Source: Halarcobacter sp.
Lineage (GTDB): Bacteria > Campylobacterota > Campylobacteria > Campylobacterales > Arcobacteraceae
Assembly: GCA_963676565.1 (NCBI GenBank)
Contig: OY781089.1
Span: 1,984,001-2,048,000 of the forward strand
DNA length: 64,000 nucleotides
Reading direction: 5' to 3'
Below the pieces are notes generated by a model, which worked only from the letters and a program-made list of their open reading frames with translations, ran no database searches and was not told the origin of the DNA. Made by a program: the position numbers and the translations under genes. This document shows, piece by piece, positions 1-9,394 of the stretch. How positions within the stretch are numbered: the first letter of the stretch is position 1; each line of letters begins with the position of its first letter.

Positions 1-846
1 GGAGCTAATGCAGATAGCGCAATATGGGGGAAAGACTTAGTACCCAACATTTTAGGTTATGATAAAGAGGGTTCATTGCATCTTGGACCTTTATTTACAC
101 TTTTACAAGGTAAATATTTTTCAATTGCATTTTTAGCGATTTTGTTTGGTGTACCTGCAGTTTTCGCTATACACTATTTTATTATTGGACCTAAAATATT
201 TTCTCATGATAGAAAAAAGATTAAAGTATTCAATATGTTTCATAGATTGATTCACTGGATTGCTGGATTTTCATTTTTAGTACTTATCCCAACAGGATTT
301 GTAATGATATTTGGTTCAGTATTTGAAGGTGGAACTTTTGTTAGAATCTGTAAAGAGTTACATGCAATTTCAACAGTGTTCTTTGCTATTTCTGTTATTC
401 CAATGACAATCATGTGGATAAGAGAGATGTTACCAACAATGGACGATGTAAAATGGATGATGATTCTAGGTGGATACTTAAGTAAAGTAAAAAGACCAAT
501 TCCTGCAGGTAAATTTAATGCAGGTCAAAAAATGTGGTTTTGGGTTTGTACATTTGGTGGGATTTTAATGATTCTAACTGGTGCAGCAATGTATTTTCAG
601 GACTTCACTCTTCCTGTGCTTGCTACATATGGTATAACACAAATCGATTTTTTAAGAGCATGCGCAATTATTCATAATGTAATGGGAATGGCTGTAGCAG
701 CATTATTTTTTACTCACGTATATATGTCAATGTTTGCAATTAAAGGTGCAATTCATTCGATGATTAGTGGGTATAAAGAGGAAGAAGAGATAGAAATTCT
801 TCACAGCTCTTATTACAAAAAGTTAAAAGAGCAAAAACAATTATAA
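1..846 (+). CDS. fdhC: Formate dehydrogenase gamma (cytochrome b) subunit, 5'-truncated by window edge
   Basis: Frame +1 is open from base 1; TM helices with heme His motifs HRLIHW, ELHA, IIHN, FFTHVY, plus GKFNAGQK; followed by fdhD. Confidence 0.93.
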   Translation, partial: GANADSAIWGKDLVPNILGYDKEGSLHLGPLFTLLQGKYFSIAFLAILFGVPAVFAIHYFIIGPKIFSHDRKKIKVFNMFHRLIHWIAGFSFLVLIPTGFVMIFGSVFEGGTFVRICKELHAISTVFFAISVIPMTIMWIREMLPTMDDVKWMMILGGYLSKVKRPIPAGKFNAGQKMWFWVCTFGGILMILTGAAMYFQDFTLPVLATYGITQIDFLRACAIIHNVMGMAVAALFFTHVYMSMFAIKGAIHSMISGYKEEEEIEILHSSYYKKLKEQKQL

Positions 847-851
847 AAGGG

Positions 852-897
852 AAACTCTCCATATAGCATCAAAATGGAGAGTTTTTCTATTTTTTTT
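852..897 (+). terminator. Intrinsic terminator after fdhC
   Basis: AAACTCTCCAT (852-862) / ATGGAGAGTTT (874-884) stem followed by T-rich tract. Confidence 0.7.
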
Positions 898-939
898 AAT
901 TTTAAATATGCTAAATTTGCATATTGAAGAAGGTAGAAT

Positions 940-1728
940 ATGGATAATTCAAGATATTTAAAAAAGATTATCATTGATAAAGTAAATGGTGATGAAGTAA
1001 GAGAAGTAGAAGATGTAACAATTGAAGAAGCTAGATTAAATGTATATTTAAATGGTGAAAAAGCTATATCAATGATGTGTATACCAATAGATCAAGATGC
1101 TCATGCTATTGGTTTTTTAATGAGTGAAAATGTAATCTCTTCTATAGATGATGTTCAAGAAATCACTTTAGGTGAAGATGGATTAAGAGTTGATATAACA
1201 GCAAAAATTGACGAAAATTCATTAACTAATCTTTATAAAGAAAAAACATTAGTAAGTGGTTGCGGTGGTGGAGTAACTGGAAATATAGCAGGGAACGTTG
1301 AAGTTCCTTTCAACCAAACAAATTTTGTGATTAGTCCAGAAGTTATTAGCCGTGAAGTAGCCATTTTCTATAGAGATAGTGAACTTTATAAATTAACAGG
1401 TTGTGTTCATAAAGCGATGCTTTATTTAGAGGATGGAACAACTGTAACATCTGAAGATATAGGAAGACATAATGCCATTGATAAGGTAGTTGGGAAATGC
1501 AAGCTAAAAGGCTTGGATACTGCAAAATCAGTGCTTTTTGTAAGTGGTAGATTAAGTTCTGAAATGGTTGTAAAAGCAGTTATGCATAAAGTACCAATTG
1601 TAGTTTCAAGAACTGCACCAACACATTTAGGTGTTACGACGGCACATACACATGGAGTTACACTTATTGGTTTTGCTAGAGGCAAAAAAATGAATGTATA
1701 TACACATAGTGGAAGAGTTATAGGATAA
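940..1728 (+). CDS. fdhD: Formate dehydrogenase accessory sulfurtransferase FdhD
   Basis: SGCG, TGCVH, EDIGRHNAIDK, SGRLSSEMV and TLIGFAR motifs. Confidence 0.96.
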   Translation: MDNSRYLKKIIIDKVNGDEVREVEDVTIEEARLNVYLNGEKAISMMCIPIDQDAHAIGFLMSENVISSIDDVQEITLGEDGLRVDITAKIDENSLTNLYKEKTLVSGCGGGVTGNIAGNVEVPFNQTNFVISPEVISREVAIFYRDSELYKLTGCVHKAMLYLEDGTTVTSEDIGRHNAIDKVVGKCKLKGLDTAKSVLFVSGRLSSEMVVKAVMHKVPIVVSRTAPTHLGVTTAHTHGVTLIGFARGKKMNVYTHSGRVIG

Positions 1729-1732
1729 TACA

Positions 1733-2152
1733 ATGGGAAAAATGCAAAAAGAGATTAATTTAGATGAAACTCAAAAAGAATTACTTCTTAGCAATTTAGA
1801 CGAAGATGGGAAACTATCTTGTCTAAAGGCTTTTAAAGTAGCAAGATTAATTGGTGTAGAGCCAATTGATATGTCTGATGCTTGTAAGAGTGAAAACATA
1901 AAAATTACAAATTGTGAATTAGGTGTATTTGGAAAAATACAATTTCATGACGCCGAAGATGCAATCTATAATAAAATAGCAAAAAATTTCACACAAGATA
2001 AAGATGTTACCTGTAAGATTTTATGGGAATTAGCAAAGGAATCAAGCTTAAGAAGAGTAGGTTCAACAGTTAAATTTACTGATGTAGAAGTAACAAATTG
2101 CCAACTTGGGTGTTTTAGGACAAGAAAGGGACATCGTGAAATCAAAAATTAA
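1733..2152 (+). CDS. Cys-repeat protein; resembles the N-terminal half of Campylobacterota ModE-like regulators
   Basis: Two internal repeats: LSCLKAF...ITNCELGVF and VTCKILW...VTNCQLGCF; overlaps the ModE-like HTH gene. Confidence 0.7.
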   Translation: MGKMQKEINLDETQKELLLSNLDEDGKLSCLKAFKVARLIGVEPIDMSDACKSENIKITNCELGVFGKIQFHDAEDAIYNKIAKNFTQDKDVTCKILWELAKESSLRRVGSTVKFTDVEVTNCQLGCFRTRKGHREIKN

Positions 2153-2498
2153 AATCTGGATTGAAGATGATAACAATAATCTAATATTTGGTGGTGGGAA
2201 AACACAAATATTAGAACTTATTGATGAAACTGGTTCAATTGCAGAAGCATCAAAAAGAGCAGGGATGAACTATAAAAAAGCATGGAGTCATATAAAAATA
2301 CTTCAAAAGTATATTGATGATGAACTTGTTATTGTTCAAAAAGGTAGAAATAGTGGTGGTACAAGATTAACACCAAAAGCAAAAGAGTTAGTTGAGAATT
2401 TCAAAAAATTAAAAGAAGATGTAAAAGCTTTTAGTGATGAAAGATTTACCCAACTTTTTTTAGACAAAAAAATGATTAATTGTGCTAAGGAAGATTAG
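2136..2498 (+). CDS. modE: ModE-like winged-HTH regulator without molybdate-binding Mop domains
   Basis: FGGGKTQILELIDETGSIAEASKRAGMNYKKAW...GGTRLT is ModE N-terminal-like; GTG at 2136 preceded by AAAGGGA. Confidence 0.8.
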   Translation: MKSKIKIWIEDDNNNLIFGGGKTQILELIDETGSIAEASKRAGMNYKKAWSHIKILQKYIDDELVIVQKGRNSGGTRLTPKAKELVENFKKLKEDVKAFSDERFTQLFLDKKMINCAKED

Positions 2499-3473
2499 AT
2501 GATAAAGTTAAATTCCCTTCAATTTTCAAATGTATTACCATTAGAATATGACAAAGAACAAACTCTAAATCCATTAAAAAATAACGAAAATATTGAAAAT
2601 AAAATCAAAGAGTTTTCATCAAAATTTGGATTTAAAAATCTTAAAACTTTTAAGTTTAATAAAGATGGTTTTATCTCTTTAATGCTTTCTTTAAAAGGAA
2701 AAATTAGTGTTAGTGTAGGGGAGAGTGAAGCTATTGTTCAAGCTGCTAATTTCTTAATAGAAAAAGGTTATGAAATAGATTTAATCCCACTTACAAAAGA
2801 GGGCTTTGTTGATATGACTAAGTTATCTAAATGCGACTATATTTTTTGCTCTTCATATGTAATGGATACATATGTTAAAACTAATTTAGATGAAGTAAAA
2901 CAAAAAACTCAAGCTACAATTATCTCTAATATTAGTGCAACATTATCTAGTATTGGTGCAGATATTGCATTGTTAGATGCATATAAACTAACTGGATATT
3001 CTTTAGACTCAATACTCTTATACAATGATGAATTTGAAGAGAGTGTAATCTCTGAAATTTCAACAATTTCAATCTATCAAATAGAAAAAAATATTAAAAA
3101 AATTAATTATGAAACAACTATAAAAAATAGTTTTCTGGAAACTCTTAACGGGGAGTTTAAGACTAACATTTTCTATTTTGTAAACCCTAAAGATACTTTA
3201 GAGTATACACTTCACTTTGGTTTAAAGGGTATAAAAGCAAGGGAAATAATTAGAACCTTAGCCTTAGAAAACATTCTTGTTACAAATGGAGAAGGTTGTT
3301 CTCTTGGTTTTTCTAAACCGTCAAGAATTATACAGGAAATGTCTTATACAGAAAGTGAATCTAGATGGGCATTGAGTTTAGATTTTAGTGAATATTTAGA
3401 TGATGAAACTATTTTAAAAGTAGTTAAAAAAATCTCTAAAAAATATAGACAAATTTTACTTTTAAATTCATAG
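2499..3473 (+). CDS. Divergent class V aminotransferase / NifS-like cysteine desulfurase homologue
   Basis: DAYKLTG at the PLP-Lys motif position and VTNGEGCSLG at the catalytic-Cys loop; N-terminal NifS motifs are degenerate. Confidence 0.7.
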   Translation: MIKLNSLQFSNVLPLEYDKEQTLNPLKNNENIENKIKEFSSKFGFKNLKTFKFNKDGFISLMLSLKGKISVSVGESEAIVQAANFLIEKGYEIDLIPLTKEGFVDMTKLSKCDYIFCSSYVMDTYVKTNLDEVKQKTQATIISNISATLSSIGADIALLDAYKLTGYSLDSILLYNDEFEESVISEISTISIYQIEKNIKKINYETTIKNSFLETLNGEFKTNIFYFVNPKDTLEYTLHFGLKGIKAREIIRTLALENILVTNGEGCSLGFSKPSRIIQEMSYTESESRWALSLDFSEYLDDETILKVVKKISKKYRQILLLNS

Positions 3474-3482
3474 GAGAATATT

Positions 3483-4727
3483 TTGAAAAAAGAGTTTTTA
3501 GATTTTGAACTTGCTGTTGAAAAATCATTGGAAAATGCAAAAGCTACAACTTTTACTGAGATTGTAAATATTGAAGATGCATTAAATAGAATCATTGCAA
3601 AAGATATTTTATGTAATAAAAATCTCCCTTCTTTTAATAACTCAGCAATGGATGGTTTTGCAGTTAAATTTAGTGATGCAGGGAAATCTCTAAAGGTTAA
3701 AAAAATAATTTTTGCAGGTGAAAAAGTTGAAGCCTGCTTAGATGCAAATGAATGTTATAAAATTATGACTGGAGCACAAGTTCCAAATGATGCTGATACT
3801 ATTATTCCAATTGAAGATGTAGTAAGTTTTGAAGATGATATTGTAACAATTCCAGAAAATATTAAAAAGGGTTCTTCTTTGAGATTAAAAGGTGAAGAGA
3901 AAGCCATTGATGATATTTTGTTTAAAAAAGGTGAAACTATAAACTCTTCAACTCTTGCAGTTTTAGCATCACAAGGGATTACTAAGATTACAGTTTATAA
4001 GAAAATATCTATTGCTGTAGTGTCAACAGGGAATGAGCTTAAAGAGCCTTGGGAAGAAGCAAGTGATGATGAGATATATAATTGCAATTCATATGCTATT
4101 AGTACACTTCTTGAAGAAAAAGGTTTTGATTCTACGTATATTGGCGTTATCCCAGATAATTTGGAGCAATCTATTGAGTTTATCTCTAATTTAAGTTGTT
4201 ATGACGTTGTTATTACAACAGGAGGTATCTCTATGGGTGATGCTGATTTTATGGCAGATGCCTTTAAGCAAAATGGTTTAAAAACAATTTTTCATGGGGT
4301 TAATATAAAACCAGGGCGTCCTATTATGATGGGTGTCATAGAAAAAGAGTTAAATAATTGCTTTGTTATGTGTTTACCTGGTAATCCATTAACAGCAATG
4401 GTAAATATGCATCTATTTGCAATACCTGTATTAAATAAGATTCAAGGAGGAAATTCTATTTATCAAGATATTTGTTTAGCCGTAAACAAAGAAAATTTTA
4501 AAACAAAAACTGGTCGTGTAAATGTTGTATTAGGAACAGTTAAAAATGGTGAATTTAAAGTTACTAAAAAGAATAAATATGGTTCAGGGATGATTACAGT
4601 ACTAAATGAAAGTAATGCAATTGTTGTTACAAAACCAACTAGAGATACAACTGCTACAGGTGAGTTTCTAAGAGTGATTAGATTCTCTTGCTTATATTTA
4701 GAAACTAAAACAGAAATATTTAATTAA
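3483..4727 (+). CDS. moeA: Molybdopterin molybdo/tungstotransferase MoeA
   Basis: PSFNNSAMDGFA, IMTGA, STGNEL, TTGGISMG, KPGRP, LPGNP; TTG start with AGGAG RBS. Confidence 0.95.
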   Translation: MKKEFLDFELAVEKSLENAKATTFTEIVNIEDALNRIIAKDILCNKNLPSFNNSAMDGFAVKFSDAGKSLKVKKIIFAGEKVEACLDANECYKIMTGAQVPNDADTIIPIEDVVSFEDDIVTIPENIKKGSSLRLKGEEKAIDDILFKKGETINSSTLAVLASQGITKITVYKKISIAVVSTGNELKEPWEEASDDEIYNCNSYAISTLLEEKGFDSTYIGVIPDNLEQSIEFISNLSCYDVVITTGGISMGDADFMADAFKQNGLKTIFHGVNIKPGRPIMMGVIEKELNNCFVMCLPGNPLTAMVNMHLFAIPVLNKIQGGNSIYQDICLAVNKENFKTKTGRVNVVLGTVKNGEFKVTKKNKYGSGMITVLNESNAIVVTKPTRDTTATGEFLRVIRFSCLYLETKTEIFN

Positions 4728-4763
4728 AAAACATAAAAATAAACTTTATATTAGGAGAAAAAA

Positions 4764-5579
4764 ATGGTTAAAAAAACTTTATTAGGATTAGGATTAGGTG
4801 CTATGTTAGCATCATCAATGATGGCTCAAGATTTAATGATGGCAACAACTACAAGTACAGATAATACTGGATTATTAGATTACTTAGCACCAAAATTCGA
4901 AAAAGATACTGGTGTAACTTTAAAATGGGTAGCAACAGGAACAGGAAAAGCACTTAAAATGGGTGGAAACTGTGATGTTGATATTTTATTTGTACATGCA
5001 CCTGCATCTGAGAAAAAATTTATTGCAACTGGATTTGGTGTTGATAGACAACAAGTTATGTATAACGATTTTGTAATTATTGGACCAAAAGAAGATCCAG
5101 CAAAAGTTTCTGGAATGGCACCAAGCGTTGCTTTTAATACTATTAAATCTCAAGAAGCTAAATTTTTCTCAAGAGGCGATAATTCTGGGACTAATAAAAA
5201 AGAACTTTCTTTATGGAAAAATGCAAAAGTTGATACAAAAGAGGCTTCAACTTGGTATATTCAAACTGGTCAAGGTATGTTAAGAACTATTAATATGGCA
5301 TCAGAAAAAGCTGGGTATACAATGACAGATAGAGGTACTTGGATTAAATATATGTCTCAACAAGGCGACAAAAATCCAATGAAAATTGTTGTTGAAGGTG
5401 ATAAAACACTATTTAATCAATATTCTGTAGTTTCTATCAATAAAGAAAAATGTTCAAATGTAAAACCTGAATTAGCTAAAAAGTTTACTAACTGGGTTGT
5501 TAGTCCAAAAACACAAAAAACAATTGCTGATTTTAGACTTTTAGGTCAAGCATTATTTATTCCAAACGCAGGAAAATAA
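4764..5579 (+). CDS. tupA: Tungstate ABC transporter periplasmic binding protein TupA
   Basis: Signal peptide, diagnostic ATTTS motif, GTGKAL, VHAP, MYNDF, SRGDNSGT. Confidence 0.95.
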   Translation: MVKKTLLGLGLGAMLASSMMAQDLMMATTTSTDNTGLLDYLAPKFEKDTGVTLKWVATGTGKALKMGGNCDVDILFVHAPASEKKFIATGFGVDRQQVMYNDFVIIGPKEDPAKVSGMAPSVAFNTIKSQEAKFFSRGDNSGTNKKELSLWKNAKVDTKEASTWYIQTGQGMLRTINMASEKAGYTMTDRGTWIKYMSQQGDKNPMKIVVEGDKTLFNQYSVVSINKEKCSNVKPELAKKFTNWVVSPKTQKTIADFRLLGQALFIPNAGK

Positions 5580-5592
5580 GGACTTTTAGAGA

Positions 5593-6288
5593 ATGAATCT
5601 ATTTACTGATGGTTTCAAAGAGGCTATAGAGTTACTAACTTCTGGTAATGAGAGTGTATATTCTGCAATTACTACGACTATAACTGTATCTTCATGGTCT
5701 TTGATAATTAGTTTAATTATTGGACTACCTTTAGGATTTCTCCTTGGGTATTATAACTTTAAAGGTAAGGCTGTAGTAAAAACAATTGTTGATACACTTT
5801 TAGCCTTACCAACAGTTGTAATTGGTTTAATTGCATATACTATGTTATCTCAAGTTGGACCATTTGGTAAATACGATTTACTCTTTTCACAACAAGCAAT
5901 TATTATTGGTCAAGTTGTGTTAGGACTTCCAATCATAATTGCTTTAACAGCTGCTGTTGTAGAAGCAGTTGACAAACGCCTTTATGTATCTTTAAAAGGA
6001 CTAGGAGCAAAACCTAGACAGATTATGTTCGCTACATTAGAAGAAGCTAGATTTGGTCTTATGACTGCTGCAATGACTGCGTATGGAAGAATAATTACAG
6101 AAATTGGTATCTCTATGATGGTTGGTGGAAATATCAAATATCATACTAGAACTGTTACAACTGCAATTGCACTAGAAACAGGAAAAGGTGAATTTGTAAC
6201 AGGTATTGCATTAGGTCTTGTTCTTTTTGCAGTTGCATTAATAGTAAATATAAGTTTATCCCTACTTAAAAGGAAATGGACACAATGA
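5593..6288 (+). CDS. tupB: Tungstate ABC transporter permease TupB
   Basis: Hydrophobic; LPTVVIGL, GRIITEIG..MMVGGNI, TRTVTTAIALET. Confidence 0.94.
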   Translation: MNLFTDGFKEAIELLTSGNESVYSAITTTITVSSWSLIISLIIGLPLGFLLGYYNFKGKAVVKTIVDTLLALPTVVIGLIAYTMLSQVGPFGKYDLLFSQQAIIIGQVVLGLPIIIALTAAVVEAVDKRLYVSLKGLGAKPRQIMFATLEEARFGLMTAAMTAYGRIITEIGISMMVGGNIKYHTRTVTTAIALETGKGEFVTGIALGLVLFAVALIVNISLSLLKRKWTQ

Positions 6289-7307
6289 GTACACTTTATG
6301 AATTAAGAAACATAGAACAGTACTATGATGATAAAAAAGTTCTTAGTGTAGAGAATTTAAAGCTAGAAGAAAATCAAATTATTGGTTTTTTTGGACCAAA
6401 TGGTAGTGGTAAATCAACTTTATTTTCTTTATTGTCTTTTATAAATAAACCTACAAATGGATATTTAAACTATAATGGAATAGATAATAAAAAAATAGAT
6501 AATGAAACAAAGATGAGTATTGTTATGGTACCGCAAAATCCATATCTACTAAAAAGAAGTGTTTTTGAAAATATTTCATTTGGTTTAAAACTTAGAAATG
6601 AAACAAATAATATGGAAGAAAAAGTTGAAGAAGCTTTATCTTTAGTAGGTCTTGATAGTTCATTTAAATATAGAAAATGGAGTCAATTATCTGGTGGAGA
6701 AGCTCAAAGAGTTGCATTAGCTGCTAGACTTATTTTAAAACCAAAGGTTTTAATACTTGATGAACCAACAACAGGTGTTGATACAAATTCTGCTCAACTT
6801 ATAAAAGAAGCAATTTTAAGTGCAAAACAAAAATGGAATACAACTATACTAATCTCAAGTCATGACCATAATTGGTTAAATAAAATCTGCGACAAAAAAG
6901 TAGCACTTTATCAAGGACGTTTAATAGAAAGTGGTAATGTAAATTTACTATTTGCTCCATGGGAAAAAGATGAAAGTGGTAATTTAGTTAAATTTTTTCT
7001 TGATGGTCAATTTCTTAGTATTGAAAATAGTGAATCAAAGAAAAAAGACTCTGTTGCTTTAATAGATTCAAATGATATAACTATTTGTAGAAAAGATTGT
7101 GATAATATGTTTAATGAAAATACACTAATAGGACTTGTTTCTTCAATTTCACAACAAGATTCAATTGATTATTTATTAGTTGAATTTTCAATAGGTGGAA
7201 TCTCTTTTTCATGCCGAATTAGTAGAAATATGATGGAAGAACAAAGGTTTTTACCTGGAGATAGAATATATGTGAATATAGAAACTTCAAATATTCATTG
7301 GATATAA
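6285..7307 (+). CDS. tupC: Tungstate ABC transporter ATP-binding protein TupC
   Basis: GPNGSGKST, LSGGEAQR, LILDEPT; ATGA overlap with tupB stop (alternative start 6276). Confidence 0.9.
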   Translation: MSTLYELRNIEQYYDDKKVLSVENLKLEENQIIGFFGPNGSGKSTLFSLLSFINKPTNGYLNYNGIDNKKIDNETKMSIVMVPQNPYLLKRSVFENISFGLKLRNETNNMEEKVEEALSLVGLDSSFKYRKWSQLSGGEAQRVALAARLILKPKVLILDEPTTGVDTNSAQLIKEAILSAKQKWNTTILISSHDHNWLNKICDKKVALYQGRLIESGNVNLLFAPWEKDESGNLVKFFLDGQFLSIENSESKKKDSVALIDSNDITICRKDCDNMFNENTLIGLVSSISQQDSIDYLLVEFSIGGISFSCRISRNMMEEQRFLPGDRIYVNIETSNIHWI

Positions 7308-7326
7308 ATTTTAGAAAGGAGAAAAA

Positions 7327-7518
7327 ATGTTTATAAAACTAAATGATAGAGTTTATCTTAATATGGCAAAAATCACTAGAATGAAAATTGACCATGTTGA
7401 AGATGGGATTAGAGTTAGATTTTATGAGTGTCAAGATCAAGTTGCCAAATCAAAAAAATTTGAAACAACTGATGAAGCGTCAGCTTGGATTGAAGAACTT
7501 TTAAAACAAGTAAAATAG
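7327..7518 (+). CDS. Small hypothetical protein (63 aa)
   Basis: Strong AAGGAG RBS, last gene before a terminator. Confidence 0.75.
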   Translation: MFIKLNDRVYLNMAKITRMKIDHVEDGIRVRFYECQDQVAKSKKFETTDEASAWIEELLKQVK

Positions 7519-7543
7519 TATAGCTCTTGCTATACTGTTTTTT
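7517..7543 (+). terminator. Intrinsic terminator
   Basis: AGTATAGC-TCTT-GCTATACT followed by G and a T6 run. Confidence 0.75.
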
Positions 7544-7578
7544 AATGGCATTTAGTTAAAATTAATGCCATTAAAAAA
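7538..7578. repeat. 15-bp perfect inverted repeat upstream of yedF-selD
   Basis: TTTTTTAATGGCATT (7538-7552) - 11 nt - AATGCCATTAAAAAA (7564-7578). Confidence 0.8.
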
Positions 7579-7684
7579 TAGAATATTATTCTTAGTTTCT
7601 TAAGTATCTTAAAATAACACCTAAGGTTTAGGTTATAAAACTTCACAAACTATAAATATGATTAAAAAATTATCGGAGAAAATT

Positions 7685-8281
7685 ATGAATTTAGATTGCA
7701 AAGGTTTAGTTTGTCCAGAACCTGTTTTAAAAACTAAAAAAGCTTTAGAAGAGTTAGAAGAAAACTCTGTCTTAGAAGTATTAGTAGACAATATTGCCTC
7801 ACAGGAAAATGTAGTTAGATTTGCCACAAAACAAGGCTTTAGTTCTGAAGTTGAGGATTTAGGTAATAATGAGTTTAAAGTAACTATTGTAAAAGGTTAT
7901 GAGTGTAGTGTTGCAACAAAAGACTCTTTAGGTGAATCGAAATTTTTAAATAAGACAGTATTTATAAAAGATGACAAAGTAGGTGAGGGTGAATTAGGTA
8001 GTATGCTTGTAGTTGGCTTTTTGAAAAGTATGCTTGAATTACCAAAATTACCAAAAACTATTATTTGTGTAAATAAAGGTGTCTTACTAACAACAGCAGA
8101 TGAAAATAGTGATATCATTGAAATATTTAAAAACTTAGAGGAAAAAGGTGTAGAGATTTTTTCTTGTGGAGTTTGTTTAGAGTTTTATGAAGTTGCCAAT
8201 AATCTTAAAGTTGGTAAAATAGGAAATGCCTACGCAACAGTAGAGACATTATTAAACAGTGAAGGAACTATAAGTTTATAA
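7685..8281 (+). CDS. yedF: Selenium-metabolism sulfurtransferase-like protein YedF (TusA/SirA + DsrE-like domains)
   Basis: LDCKGLVCPEPV TusA motif, C-terminal SCGVCLEFY; ATG 7685 with GGAG RBS; abuts selD. Confidence 0.88.
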   Translation: MNLDCKGLVCPEPVLKTKKALEELEENSVLEVLVDNIASQENVVRFATKQGFSSEVEDLGNNEFKVTIVKGYECSVATKDSLGESKFLNKTVFIKDDKVGEGELGSMLVVGFLKSMLELPKLPKTIICVNKGVLLTTADENSDIIEIFKNLEEKGVEIFSCGVCLEFYEVANNLKVGKIGNAYATVETLLNSEGTISL

Positions 8282-9313
8282 ATGAATAACCAACATAAAT
8301 TAACTAAATATGTAAAAGCCGCAGGTTGAGCAGCCAAATTAGCTCCGGGGGAGCTATCACATTTACTTGGTAAGCTTGAATGCGACGATGAAAGATTAAT
8401 TGTAGGAATTGATAGTAGTGATGATGCAACTGTATTTGTACTAAATGAAAATCAAGCAATGGTACAAACAGTTGATTATATTACTCCAGTTATTGATGAT
8501 CCATTTTTATATGGACAAATAGCTGCTGCAAATTCACTTAGTGATATTTTTGCTATGGGAGCTGATGTTTTAACAGCTATGAACCTAGTAGGATTTGATG
8601 GTTGTCATCATCCCAAAGAGGTTTTAGCAGAAATCTTACAAGGTGGCTTAACAAAAGTTAAAGAGTGTGGAGGTGTTCTTGCTGGTGGACATACCATTGA
8701 AGCTCCTGAGATGACATATGGTTTAAGTGTAAGTGGAACTGTTCATCCAAAAAAAGTATTTAGAAATAATACACCAAGAATTGGAGATGTTTTAATACTT
8801 ACTAAACCTATTGGAATAGGAGTTTTAACAACTGGAATAAAAGCAGATATGCTAGATGATAAAGTGATATTAAAAGGTGCATCTATAATGGCACAATTAA
8901 ATCATAAAGCTTCATTATGTGCTAGAGAGTTTGATGTTAGTGCTTGTACAGATATTACAGGATTTGGTTTAGCAGGGCATGCTTTAGAGATGGCATCAAA
9001 AAATGTAAGCCTTGAGTTTGATTTTGAAAAGATTCCAATAATAGAAGAATCAATTGAATTAGCCTCAATGGGGATTATCCCTGGTGGGACATATAATAAT
9101 AGGGCCTATGTAAAACCAAATGTAGAAGTACAAAGAGATTTTGAAAATGAGATTTTCTTTTATGATGCTCAAACTTCAGGAGGACTTTTAATAAGTGTAT
9201 CTCAAGAAGATGCACCAAAATTATTAGATAGGCTTAAAAGTGAAGGCTATGAGTATAGCTCAATAATTGCCACTGTAAAACAAAAACAACAAAAGAGTTT
9301 AATACTCAAATAG
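8282..9313 (+). CDS. selD: Selenide, water dikinase SelD, selenoprotein (Sec16 encoded by TGA 8327-8329)
   Basis: Reads MNNQHKLTKYVKAAG-U-AAKLAPGEL...DDATV...QTVDY in frame with the 8459 ORF; AAANSLSD, GGHT, TDITGFGL, DAQTSGGLL. Confidence 0.96.
8340..8356 (+). promoter_or_regulatory. Bacterial SECIS-like hairpin in selD
   Basis: TAGCTCC-GGG-GGAGCTA stem with a G-rich loop, starting at the 11th base after the in-frame TGA. Confidence 0.8.
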
Positions 9314-9394
9314 TATAAGCTGTAGTTATTTTAACCTTGAATTTAAGAATTATATTTTATTATATATTATTAAATTTGAGGGAGAAATAAGACA

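Noticed and set aside
8459..9313. ORF-track start for selD, or selD as a nonsense pseudogene
   Set aside because: The upstream frame continues through a TGA at the catalytic Cys/Sec position with a SECIS-like hairpin
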